A stretch of DNA of 64,000 bases from Azolla caroliniana (lineage: Eukaryota; Plantae; Polypodiophyta). The stretch is from assembly GCA_043228905.1 (NCBI GenBank), contig JBHGNT010000006.1, positions 3,162,001 to 3,226,000 on the forward strand, in the 5' to 3' direction. The notes beneath the pieces were generated by a model, which was given only the letters and a program-made list of their open reading frames with translations, ran no database searches and was not told the DNA's origin. Numbering within the stretch: the first letter of the stretch is position 1; every line of letters begins with the position of its first letter. A program made the translations under genes and the position numbers. Shown here piece by piece: positions 46,923 through 59,400 of the stretch.

Positions 46923-48704
46923 TTATCCACCAATGGATATTTTTTTATTTTCTTTGGATTGCAGCTTCATTATCCCATCAAATGCTTGTTTTGCTCTTCC
47001 CAAATTACCGTATGCACAACATGCACCTAACAAAGCCAACCAGATGGTGAGATTGGGTTCCATTGGCATCTTTGTTAAGATAACTTCAATCATCCCAAAG
47101 TTCCCTGTTTGGCCAAGCATCTCTATTATGCTACTATAATGTTTCAAGCCTGGTATTAAACCATAGTCTTTACTTATGGATTCAAAATACTGAAGACCTC
47201 TATGCACAAGGCCACTGTGACTACAAGCCGAAAGAATTGAAACAAATGTGACATCATTTGGTTTCATTTGTGTCTTCTTCAGTACCTCAAAGATTTGTAG
47301 ACACGATACATGATCTCCTAGGCATGCATAACCAGCTATGTATGCATTCCAAAACACTATATCAGGTTGCTCTATAGCTTTATCAAACAATGGTTTTGCA
47401 TCTACCATACTAAGGGTGCAAATCCCATAGACATAGATAAGCGTTGATGCTATACATGGTATTCGGTCATAACCCAAAGCAACTATTTCCATGTGATGTT
47501 GTCTACATCTCTCCACATTTCTTATAGCACCACAAGCTTGAATAAGACATAACAGTATAACATGATCCAGGATCATGCCCTTCTCCTGCACAATTTTATA
47601 AAGATCTAATGCTTTGTGCCCTAATCCTTTATGAACATATGCACACACCATTGCGCTCAATGACATAGTAGTTTGTTCGTTCATTCCATCAAATACAGCT
47701 TCAACTTCTTTTATCAATCCACATTTTCCATACAGACTCATGATTGTATTGCAAACAAAGACATTGGATGCATAACCCATTTTTATGACATCCGTGTGTA
47801 ATGATTTTCCGATCTCCAAATATGATCGATGAATATCTTGTGTTTCTACAAGTATACTACATGCCTGAAGTGCATGCACCAATGTTTGCTCATTCGGGCT
47901 CACACCCTTTTCTTGCATGTGCTTGTAGAGTTGTAAAGCATTCTTTTCATAACCATTTTCAGCGTATGCTGAGAGCATCGTAGTCCATGATATGACATCA
48001 TACTTGAATGGGCATCCACAAAATACATTCTCAGCCTCCTTAATCGCGCCGCATTTGCCATAAACATTTACAAGGCTGTTTGCAACAACAGTGTTTATTG
48101 CACAATGTTTCCAGAAGAAATCCGAATGAATAGCCCGAGAAAGATTGAGAAGCATCAAATCAGCTCCCAGATCCTTTCGGAACAAGCCTTCTTCTTTCTT
48201 GACTAGAATTCTTGTAGCATGAAGAATGATCGAGAAAGTCGTAAAATCCGGATTCATACCTTCGTGCTTCATTTGTCGATACAACAACAATACACGGTTT
48301 GCCTTCCCAAGGTCAACATAGGCCAAGAGCATGCTATTCCAGGAGATAACGCTCCGTCTACGCAGGGCAACAAATATTCTCTCAGCCATTGCGATCTCAC
48401 CACATTTTCCATACATACTCAAGAGACTGTTTGAAACAAAAATGTTGGATAGAAAGTCTTCTTCTCTATGGATAAGGAGAGCATGGATTTCTTTACCATG
48501 CCCAAGATACCTTATACTTGCACAAGCTTTCAAAACACATACAAAAGTGTGTGGACAAGGCTTGATACCATTGTTTTGTATGCGAGAAAAAATGTTCAAT
48601 GCTATCTCAGGTTCACCACGCTCGATACATGATGAAATCATGGTATTCCAAAAGATTGATCTTGATGAAGGAGACCCCAATGCTTTATTTGACCATATGA
48701 TCAT
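46923..48704 (-). CDS. PLS-class PPR protein with extended L motifs, truncated before E2 (593 aa)
   Basis: PLS repeats, ACSHSGLVHRG, HYSSIIEMLGQTG and WLALLGAC. It lacks YVLMSNIY and starts inside a PPR motif, so it may be a young pseudogene. Confidence 0.85.
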   Translation of the reverse strand: MIIWSNKALGSPSSRSIFWNTMISSCIERGEPEIALNIFSRIQNNGIKPCPHTFVCVLKACASIRYLGHGKEIHALLIHREEDFLSNIFVSNSLLSMYGKCGEIAMAERIFVALRRRSVISWNSMLLAYVDLGKANRVLLLYRQMKHEGMNPDFTTFSIILHATRILVKKEEGLFRKDLGADLMLLNLSRAIHSDFFWKHCAINTVVANSLVNVYGKCGAIKEAENVFCGCPFKYDVISWTTMLSAYAENGYEKNALQLYKHMQEKGVSPNEQTLVHALQACSILVETQDIHRSYLEIGKSLHTDVIKMGYASNVFVCNTIMSLYGKCGLIKEVEAVFDGMNEQTTMSLSAMVCAYVHKGLGHKALDLYKIVQEKGMILDHVILLCLIQACGAIRNVERCRQHHMEIVALGYDRIPCIASTLIYVYGICTLSMVDAKPLFDKAIEQPDIVFWNAYIAGYACLGDHVSCLQIFEVLKKTQMKPNDVTFVSILSACSHSGLVHRGLQYFESISKDYGLIPGLKHYSSIIEMLGQTGNFGMIEVILTKMPMEPNLTIWLALLGACCAYGNLGRAKQAFDGIMKLQSKENKKISIGG

Positions 48705-49237
48705 AGTATATAAGCTTTCGACAACCTAACATATTGTGTTTCTAGTAGTACCTGTTCTTCTGTATTTCTATGCATATTCTCCCACTCAATTTCAGACATT
48801 TCTGATATTCTTGATCATTAATGATGCAATGATGTTAAAGAAATCAGTCCAAAGAATACGAAATGTTAAGATGTGTTCATGCACACATGATCAGGGGTGC
48901 CACACACCTAGGAAAATATCAATTGAAGATGAGTGTAAATTTTTTTCCTCGATCTTCGGCATGGCCTTGCCTCGCCCTCTATCTATATGTGGCCCAATCT
49001 CTTCCAATTTATCCATTCCACATGTTTTGCTCAAACCTGTGTTGTCCTCCAAATGATCCACTGCCATGTTAACTCTGTTTAAATTCTGTGCTGTAATTTT
49101 AAACCCTGCTTGCCAAGATGCATAACCGATAAGGGATCTCTTTGTCCATAACAAGCAAAAAGAATCAGCATAATTTTCTTACTTTCATATCCTACGTTCA
49201 TTTATCAAATGTCCGACTCAAATTAAATCTCATTTAC

Positions 49238-49521
49238 CATAGTGTAGTTTCACAATGCAACCTAAACCTTGGCGAATGTAGCTCTTGGAAAAAAAAAATT
49301 ATAACTTGGTCGAGTTTCTTTTTTATGCATGAAATGCTACAAATTTGCAAAAAAAGTATGACAATTTTAGAGGATTAGTACAAAATTTATATATATATCT
49401 CAGTTATAAATTACATAATGAAGGCATGTTTTTCTCAAAACGCATACATCAGCCTCATTGAAATAAATGTAATACACTTAGAATTTCTACAGATAAATAT
49501 GTAATTATTTATTCCATAGCA
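49238..49521. repeat. Dispersed ~300-bp repeat, copy B
   Basis: Colinear with 40165-40507. Confidence 0.8.
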
Positions 49522-49789
49522 TGTAGCAGAAGTTGTTGAAGAGCGACAATATAACCACACAAGCTCATGAACAAAGAACAAGATCTCTCTGTTCATTATC
49601 GACCTATGCTAGAGATCATTCCAAGACAAAAATTACAATCCATCTCATTTGAGAATCTTACATCTATAGGTAACATGATTCTTTCGTCACTTTTATTTTA
49701 TTTTTTATTTTTTATACAAATATATTTATTTTGGTTTTTCAAACAAAATGCCTTTTCCATGTCTTCCACCCCTCTATAATAGTAAAGAA

Positions 49790-50196
49790 AAGGGACAAAG
49801 GCACGTCCAGAAAATAGAACAATTTCTTCATTTGCAAACGCTGGTAGAGGTTATTTCCATATTTCACATGCCCAGTGATGAGAGTATTCCAAGATAATTC
49901 GTAAAGACACAACAATGCATCAAAGGCCTTGTGAGCTTCATGGATACATCCAACATCCACGAACATAGACACAAGGCCAGTCATTATTCATAAAGCTTCC
50001 AAGTCATTACTATACGCAAAGGAATGAGGACGAATTGCCTGTTTGAAAATCACTCCTTCGTCTAGATCCATGAAATATGCGTAAGTAATATGCCTACAAT
50101 GGAAGGTTGAGGATTGTGTACCTTTCTCGACAAGTGGATATCCTCGATCGAGGGTGGGAATCTTCCAGAGAGCCCTGGAGTAGATTGCCATGTCTG
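49790..50196 (-). pseudogene. Frameshifted copy of the 5' end of PPR4
   Basis: QTWQSTPGL, PQPSI and SMFVDVGCIHEAHKAFDALL..ELSWNTLITG match about 38040-38507 but are spread over several frames. Confidence 0.9.
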
Positions 50197-51349
50197 AATA
50201 AAGTGGCGAGAAGCTCGAAGTTTAGGGTTAAGGGGGGTCGTCCCTGCACAGTCCAGGGGATTCCAACAGAGCTTGGGGTGACATGCAAATAATGATATAC
50301 ATACATGATACAACTTTACAAGGCTACCATTTTTTGTACACTAGAGAAATGCTCGGAGATCATTCATTCAAATACCACCCAACCAACGTTTAGGTCCTAA
50401 TGTGTAGCCCATGGTATCCATGTTGGCATAAAAGGCCGACTCCTTCCACTTTGTATCCATATAAGTGTGAACACGTCCAATAGTTAGGGCTTGGGTATAT
50501 ACACTCTAACCTAACCTTGTAACTATATGATCGTCTTGTATCGTATCTTGAGTCTTGTAGAGAAAGAGTTACAGAATAATAGAGAACTTCCATTGAAGCT
50601 AGAACTGCGTCTATCTTCTTCTTCATATTGCTACATATCTGTGTTGTTTGTTGTGCATAGCTCAAACAAGTCCTCACACACATACTTCCGCACATACTTT
50701 CAAACCTCCTTCCAGCAATCCATCCCATCTTTCACAGTCCTTCCTTCGTTGTACACAAGTTTGTGTACGCACATACGTGTCCCATGATTCGCCTAAAGGC
50801 ATTAACGAAGAGATCACGTTGACATAAAACGGTTTGTTGTGGCCTCCCCATTACCCATATGGGTCCATCGTGTTGCCCATCACAACAAAATAGCCTCAGC
50901 ATTGCCCAAATGGTTCGATCATGTTGACATCACATTAGTTGATTGCAACCTCGTCTGCCACCCCCCACATGGCTCGACATTTAAGATTTACTCTAAATCT
51001 TAGCTTCTTCTTTTTTGCAACATAAGAGTATGATTGATTACATAGTCATAGCAAGAGAGGGCCATCTTGTCCCCTATAGGAACATGGCTCTTGATACAAC
51101 GATCATCTTTTAATAGTGGGTTATGTGTGCAAAGGGTGGTGCAAAATGCATGGCAAGTCATGACATTGCACCCTCATATTAGATGTATGTAATATAAAAC
51201 TTGTCATAGTAATTATATTGATGTCATCACGTGCTCCTTGTCAAGGAGTAAGTTTTTTGTCTTTTTAAAAGTATTTTCACATGCTAACTCTTCATATTAA
51301 TAATTACACGTGAGTTGAATATAAAACGGAAGAATGTTGATTTTTAGTC

Positions 51350-52080
51350 AAATATGAACAAAAAAAATGGTTTATGAACAATATCAAAATTTAAAAGAAA
51401 TTAGGGTTCCACAATTAATGAATCACATTTTTTCATTAATCAAATCAGGATAATCAATCAATTATTAAGAAGCCTATGTGATTATTTTCACTGAAATCTT
51501 GTGTTTTTATGGATAAACATATTATCAATAAGAACAATGCTTCTCATTATATTGATTGAACACTTTCAAAGCACATTGATACATATATTAACAATAAGAA
51601 CGCTATGATTAATTGCATTGTCATAATGGGATAGGGCATCATGACCATCCAAGAATACTGACTCTTGAGACAACAAGCATCTTTGGATAATGGGTTTTAA
51701 GCTACAATTCACGACAGGCATAAAATCAGGGGTAATTTGGGAGACATCTGGCTACATACCCCTTGTTAAGCGATGTGTTGTTTATCTTGTAAAATTTATT
51801 TGCATGGTAATTATTCACATTAATAATTTATTATGATTTGACTATAAATTTAACCACCAAGGAGAAACATATCAATTATGAACAATAAATGGTAAGGAAC
51901 ATCAAAATTCAAAAGAAATAAGCATTTCATAATTAATGAGCCACATTTTTTCACCAATCAAATTAAAATAATCAACTATTAAAAAACTTTTGTGACAACT
52001 CTAAATATATCTTTTCTGGATAAACTGTATTAACATTACGAGCAGTGCCTCACAGAAAGTCAATTGAACACATTTCAACA
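51350..52080. repeat. Degenerate ~210-bp direct repeat (51350-51570 / 51875-52080)
   Basis: TATGAACAA..AATGG..ATCAAAATT.AAAAGAAAT..AATTAATGA..CACATTTTTTCA occurs twice. Confidence 0.75.
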
Positions 52081-52180
52081 TGATTGGTAGCATGTAAACC
52101 ATGGTGATTCTAAATATGATTCTCCTCATGTTGCTGGATGAAGAAATCAAAGTGGTACCTCTTTTGATACTCAATTTGAT

Positions 52181-55100
52181 TTAGCAATGGCTTCCGGACG
52201 GTGACAAAGCCCCGGTGCTAGAACATGAATACGGACTTAACCTCAAACTCTCAGCTGACATTGGACTCTCTTTTAAGCTCTGGAATCTACTCTTGATGCT
52301 GCAAAGATCACAACTTGCACCTCCATTACCATGTTGACAAACAAGAGGAGACTCCGCGCCACTCAGCTTTTCAATACTGCGGCGGAAGAGTTGCATCAAC
52401 TCTACACTATCTTCTCTGTAATCGGAAATACTCCTCGGGGATGCTTTGCTTCCTACTTCGCTGCAAACCTCTTCACCCACCTCACTTCCTTCTAGGTCTC
52501 TTGCAATACTCATGCTATGCTCAGAGCTTGCAGTGCTGCTTGCTGAATGGCCAGTGCGAATACACCCTACGGATCGTACAACTCCGTAGAATGCTGGCAT
52601 TGACGACGATGAGGTTATGTTTGGTACGAGGGATCGGATTCTGTTTGTTGCATTTTGCCGAATATCCTACAGTTGCATCATCATGTGACAAATCAATCTA
52701 CACACGCATACCCCAAAGGGGTGGGTGAACACCGAAGTAGCCCTGGCTTGTTGAGTAATCACGAGAATAACCTTAAATTTCCAATTTAGAAAAATGTGAA
52801 CGCACCCAATAACCAGAATACACCTTCTGTGCTACAAAAGTATCACTACTATACAGGGGTATTCGAGTAATTATTGAAAACTTGGGGGATATTCTCGTAA
52901 ATACCCATCAAGTTAGGGCTATTGTGCTCTTTCCCCTACAAAAAAGCTATCATCAAATCCATAGAGCTAAAAATATATTTGAGTTACCATATGTCGAAGG
53001 GCCATGTCGATTGGCTTCCGCGGTAAATTCCTACTATCTTTAATTGTTGGAGTTGTGGGCTTCATGGCACGTCTTGTATGCGATGTTGACATTTCTTCCG
53101 GGGACATGGATGATGTGAGGGCAACACGTCGAGACTGTAACATACGATCAACCATCTTGCTACTTCTACCAACGCTCATGTCATTCAAGTTGTTACCCTC
53201 ATTCCGTCCATTTCTTGAGAGGGGTCTTTCAGAGGTGGATGCCCGGCCTCGAGTGATGTTAGGCGAGGACGACTGTCTTCTCGATCTATCTAGAATTGAT
53301 TCACTTGTTTTCGATGAGGTTGTCGATGATGGGGATGGGGGGTTTGCTGATGAATGGGCCATAGAGGGCCTTGATGATGATGATGACGATGAAGCACCCT
53401 GCCTAAACCCCCCAGTCTTAGATGGTGTTCCCGGCCTTGTCTTAGTTGGTGTTCCCGGCCTTGAAGGACCCAACAATGGTGAAGACAATGTTGTTCGTGG
53501 CCTTGAAGAAACTAACAATGGTGATGAAGATGTACCCGGTTTGACACAACCCATGGATGGTGACACACTTGGCCTACCAGTACCTACAGAAGTGCCTCTA
53601 GAATTGGAAACAGAACGAGTGCCGGGTATAGTTGTAGTTCTTAGGTTCGGGGGTGGCTCGAGTGAGAATCCTGGCATCTCGGATGGTTGCCAAGCATGGG
53701 GAACAGTAGCTCTAACATTAGGAGAGCTTCCACGAGAACTCAGTGTATTTCTTGAAGGCAAAGAGCTTGCCCTGTTAGCCGAAGAAGACCTTCCTGGTGC
53801 TGATTGTCCTTGAGACATCACAGGAGTAGAAGGTCTTCGAAGAGGAGTGGTGGATCTTGATGGAACCCCCGACCTTGTAGATGATGAATTTGTATTGGAC
53901 CTAGCAGTAATGCCGATGCTTCCATTAGTAGTTGAAGATGGGATCGTGGGTCGGCTTCTTGTGGGTGTTGAAGGACGAGATGATGAACTAGGCCTTGATG
54001 TTGGGGCTGAGGATGTTGTTGGAGCAAGAGACGAGCGTCTATTTGGTCCACCTGCTGGCGAATTGTTGTAGAGATTACCACCACGGACCGTTCTCGATGT
54101 CGAATCCGACCTTGATGTTATTGTTGATGGTTCCCTCAGCATCTGCACATTTCCAAATGATGGATTGGCAAACAAATAAGCTAGTTGCAGAAGTATCTTT
54201 ATTTCAAATTGGATTCAAGTTGTCTCCAATATTCTCATAATATTGAAACATAAAACAAGAAGGCATATGTGAGCACATAAAACAACATGTCCGAACCCGA
54301 TTTCAAATATACAAGAAAATAAATATTCAACATAAGCTTTGATGCTAAAAGTAAAGATTTCGCCTTTTTAATATAAACTTACTCGACTTGTCTTGATTGT
54401 AGCAAGAGATTTCACAAGATTAGGAAGTCCTTTCTGGGATGAAATGTTTCCAGCACTTTCCATTGGTTCATTCTCCAATGCATTCGTTACCAAAGGTGTG
54501 CCAGGAGGAGTCATGAGCCTATGGAAAATTCATATGAGAAAGTTTAAAAAAACAAAATTCCAGCATACTACATTGGTTGGTTTCCATCATAGATTGATAT
54601 GGTTTCTTGTTTGCCTTACCAGTCATAGTCATTTTTACCCATATCAGAAGCTAGAAGCTCCTCACCCGATGTCCTTCCTCGATATACATTGGTTGCAGCT
54701 GCAGATGTTGCCATTCTATATAATGATGGATTTGCTAGCCTTGCTGCTTAAGAGAAGAAGAAATATCAGCTTATTAGAACAAAACACATATCATACATGC
54801 ATGCGTGGATAGCCTGCATAGATACACATATATGCAGGCATATGTACACATGATATGTACATGCATATACAGTATAAGTATATAAACGTGATGAAATGTT
54901 CAAATACTCTTCACACTAAGATGAATTCATGTATTCATTTCACATTGTATGTATATGAGCAAAGTGCCTAAGTCTTCTTTTAAAGTGACCAAATGCTATT
55001 CACATAACTTTGCATAAAAAACTAGGAGTAATGTCCAAATATTCTCGCACTAGACCAAATGCAGGTTGAATCCTTGCATTCACGTCACATTTGAACGATG

Positions 55101-55812
55101 AGCTTTGAACATAGAAATGTTAAGAAGATAATGTGACATACATAATCAATATGCTCAAATCTTTTGTTGATAGATGAATATGCTTCGGCATGCTTGATAT
55201 AAAACCTCCAATTTTTGAGCTTCCCAGATATGAACAAGGATACAATTTTAAAATTAATTCAATACTTCTATCACTAAAACTCTCAAAGTTTGATTCTAAA
55301 TTTTGAGTTTGCCTAGTAGATTTTGAGTTTCTCAAAAGCTTATTAATGAGAAAATCTACTGAGTATTTAGGCTTTAAAAATCTAAAATTGACCACATTTT
55401 TCTATTGCTAAAAATGTTTCGAACTGTGATGCTAAAAATTTTGTAGCTATCCTAGTAAGCACTGATGTAGCTAAGATTATTTTCCAGACAGGAAAGTAAT
55501 TCAGTTTTAGGAGGAGGAGAGACAAAAAAAACAAACCATGGTTAACGATCCATTGAAGATAAGGAATAAACAAAACCAAAAAAAAACTAACCATGGTTAC
55601 GATCACGTAAAGATCAGAAAGAAAACAAAACCATGGATAAGGTAAGGTGAAGAGAGACACAAAAACTGACCATGGTTAGGATCGGAGTGTTGATTCTCAG
55701 CAACAGGACGCATAGGAAGACTGTGCTTCTTCTCTCTTTCTCTCCTCTGCATTTCATGGAACAGAGCCAAGTCATCATCCCTCTCGCCTCTACTGCCTCT
55801 TGCCGAAGCCAT
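52181..55812 (-). CDS. Basic proline-rich (BPP-like, microtubule-associated family) Ser/Pro/Arg-rich protein, ~680 aa
   Basis: Exons 55812-55671, 54743-54620, 54518-54383, 54142-52988 and 52666-52181, phase-consistent. Family motifs DDDLALFHEMQRRE, KNDYDWLMTPPGTP, GFSLEPPPNLRT, DMALRHMDIR and SSTASSE. Confidence 0.88.
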
Positions 55813-55989
55813 CTCTTGTTCTTAACCTGTTAATTATCTACGAATGAGAGAGTGTTGTGGGTACAAAACCCCCCTAATTCCTTTCCTCGCCCATAGATCA
55901 CACTCACATAGGGACTTAGTAAAAATTTGCTTGTGTGATTGTTTGCTTGTATATACATTCTTCTTCTTCTTCTTCAACAGAGAAGACTA

Positions 55990-56347
55990 AAGAAGAAGAA
56001 GAAGAAGAAGAAGAAGAAGAAGAAGAAGAGAGGAACTGTTTGACGTAGTGATGGGACCTCTGAGGTGAGGTTTAGAGAGAGAGAGAGAGAGAGGATAGGG
56101 TTTTAAGAAGAACAGGGGGGACTTCACCATTTTGTAAACATTTTGAAAATGCAGAGAGGGAAGCAACTATACTATCATCTATGTATGTACATACATACAT
56201 ATAGAGAGAGAGAGAAAAGAGAGAGTATACACAAAACAATAATATTAATAAAAAGCTCTGCTTAAGCCAACAAGGCCATTGGGTGGAATCAAAGATTCAT
56301 TAAAGCTAATATACAAAAAGAAACCCATAAGAGACAGACACAGACAG

Positions 56348-56383
<36 letters not shown>

Positions 56384-56403
56384 TGTGTGTGTGTGTGTGT
56401 GTG
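55990..56403. repeat. (GAA)n, (GA)n and (GT)n microsatellites in the BPP-like 5' region
   Basis: Direct observation at 55990-56028, about 56074-56093 and 56352-56403. Confidence 0.9.
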
Positions 56404-59400
56404 AATATATGGGAACTTGAAAGAAGAATGGAAACCTTGAAGAAGAAGAAGAAGACAGCAGACAGACAGACAGACAAAGTATAGAGAGAGAGAGAGAGAG
56501 AGAATGAGAGAGAGTGAAAACTTATGTTTGGGGTTTTTCAATTTAGTTCAAATTGCTCTGTTTTTCTGAGAAGAGAGAGGTAAGACACGTGTTTTGCCAT
56601 GTCATCACCCTCTGCATACGTGGCATGCTGACATGGAACCCCCCCCCCCCCCCCCCAAAACAAAAGCAAATTGTTTTGGGGGGGGGGGGGGGGATTCTTT
56701 TAGCGTTTTTGGGGAAAATCTTCTGCTTTTTGTTTGTTCTTTTTCTTTATTCTTTATGTCTTTTTTGTTGTTTAGTTTTTCATCCCCCCCCCCCCAACTC
56801 TCATGTCTCCCCATTCTTTCCTCCTTTTTTTGTCTGGCTCGAGAGACTTGCGTTGTCCGCCGAATGTGAAACCACACACACACACACACACATTATTGAC
56901 GTGCTTGTCCATCAGAAGGAAACAAGCAACCGACTTGTTACATGTCATGATTTCAATCCATGAATATGTAGTTCTAGGCTTTGATCCTAGGTTTTGATTT
57001 TAGACTTAAAAGGGTTTGATGTTGCATTCATTAGAGAGATTTATCAGTCATTTACTGGTTTCCTCGTAACATCATCTACCTCTATAACATTGGCATCCTC
57101 ATTTTCTTGGACAAAACTGAGAGTGGAAACAATGACATTACCGAGGAGATATGTTGATTGTGGTCCGTGATGATTTAAAAGAATTTGATTGGCATAGGTC
57201 AGTTTTGTTTTTCGCCTTCCCCGTATGGGATGGTTTTCTGAATAGGAGAGTTCACATACATACATTCTTTAGCTCGCTTAAAAAAGCTTAAAACGAAACC
57301 TTGTTCTAGGTCTGGGTTTCAATGTTGTGTAGGGCAAATCAAACTTGTGCCTATTACTTCATGGGCTCATTTATTTTACCTAGATTTATGGTACAAATCC
57401 CAGGTTTTTTCTGTCAATTCACAAATTCAAACTCCTTGCTATTGCTTGTCTCTAAGTCAAAATTCAATGTTATGTAAATCCAAGATGTGTCGAGTAAACT
57501 TCATCCACCAACAAACATAAAAGGTGTTGTTTTGTTTGTTTCGTAATAGTTTCAAGAGAAATATAAAGGCATTGACGTTGTCATGAAAAGTTTTGGATGC
57601 TTTGGTTTCTTTCACCATTGAACCCTTGCGGAAAAGAAGCTTGTTCTCCAAACAAAACTAATGTTTTTCCCCCCGACCCCCATCTTTTATTCTACTTTAC
57701 CGTATTGGATTGCATTCATGCCATTCCTCCCAAATACCAACCTTTTTATCACAAGTTGTATGAAAATTATACTATGTCAATTTGAGAGTCAAAACAAGTA
57801 GTATATATGCATACACATAATACATTGATTATAGTAGGTGAAGTAAAGAAACTCAATTGGATTTGCAAGCCATTTCTTTTGAAAGTTGGAATTATCAAAA
57901 TGCCATATCCAAACCCTTGACAAAGTTTTGTTTGTAGCACAAAAGGCAGAGTTAGAACCTACATATGGATACCATGTTAATGGATCTGACCAGGTGAGCA
58001 TTTATTACTATGTGGTTTTCATAAGTTTTTTATCTTGCTTTCAATTTTATCATCCGTGTATAACTTTTCTCACTTGGGCCATAACCGAAATACTCACATG
58101 CGAAAGCACCTCCACCTCAACATTTTGTTATATCAAATGACCAGATTACTGACAAACACCAAGGATAGTTTAGTGAGATTTATTTTGATTTTGTTGTTCT
58201 TTATTACTGTCACATGTAAAACGTTCATTCCTACCCTTGATTTCACATTGTTTTCAAGATATCATGGTTACGACTACTAAGATTGTCTCTTCCTTTATCA
58301 AAATTCTAGAGGCATTACAACACCATCTAAATTCCATGTTATCCAAGAAAACACATGCATATGTAAATTATTTGTTAATGGATGCATTTAATCCTTTTGA
58401 AATCTCTCTCCCCAATAAACATGAGCATGCAACATGTTGTATGACCAAAGATAACATCATGGTTATTTTTCACTTTAAATCAATTTCTATACTCGTTAAG
58501 ATGACACTTCCATATTCATTACATCATTGCAATGGAACTCATTAGCCAACCACATCATTTTTAACTATCTAGAATTAAAAATGGTATGATAAAAATGTAT
58601 GGTTTTATCATCTACAAATTTATAGAGCCAAATAAATATTTGCTAGGTTTCCTCCACTTGGAATTCACTATCCTTATCAAATACGAAACAAGCTCAACCT
58701 ATGAAATGCTCTAATTAATGATTGGTCACCCTACCAAACCACAGGTTCATGCTCAAACTCACAATATTATGCCAATTTAATACAAGTCCAACAACAAATT
58801 CATAGATAACGATGGGATTGTACGAAAGAAAGTGACATACGTATATTATCAATGAGAATAAACTAAAAACTAGCAATAATCCAAAACACATACAAATGAA
58901 TTGAATTTGGTGGAACCTGAGATGTTAAAACAATTTTTCTATTCCATTTCCCCCTCATGTTGGATGTAGCATTTCTATCTTGTACCAAGTGTGTGATGGT
59001 TGGGAAAGTCAAATGAATCGTTATCATGATTTTATATCGTTTGAGAGCACAAGAAATGTAGAAGGGCTACTAAATCCTTTAATGCACGATAGTGTGTGAG
59101 GTGTGTGGTTGCGTGCATTTGGGAGTTAGAAATTAAGTACATAGCAATCACCCATATCACTCCTTTTTATGTTTGCATGGTCAAGACTTTATTAACCCAT
59201 GGGTTAAAGATCGAGGCCACCATAAGTATTTATGTACACTCTAGTTAAATTTACCCATTCAGAATTAAACATTTTAAAGCGATTTTACAAAGATTTGTCA
59301 ATGTCTCTCTATTTGCTTGCATCCATCATAGCCATTTCATAATGATTGGTTGAAGCTCTCGTCCAGCTATGGTTTTCTTTGGTGAAGCATTTGTGGTTTT

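Noticed and set aside
3420-48704. Intact DYW domain spliced or read through onto a PPR
   Set aside because: Each remnant has several stops or frameshifts and lost catalytic residues. No intact HxE...CxxC ORF was found in the window.
53004-53813. 269-aa plus-strand ORF
   Set aside because: Antisense shadow of the Ser/Pro-rich BPP exon.
57290-58600. Possible hAT transposase remnant (CWWMK, EKTWDLY)
   Set aside because: Motifs too short and scattered to support by eye.
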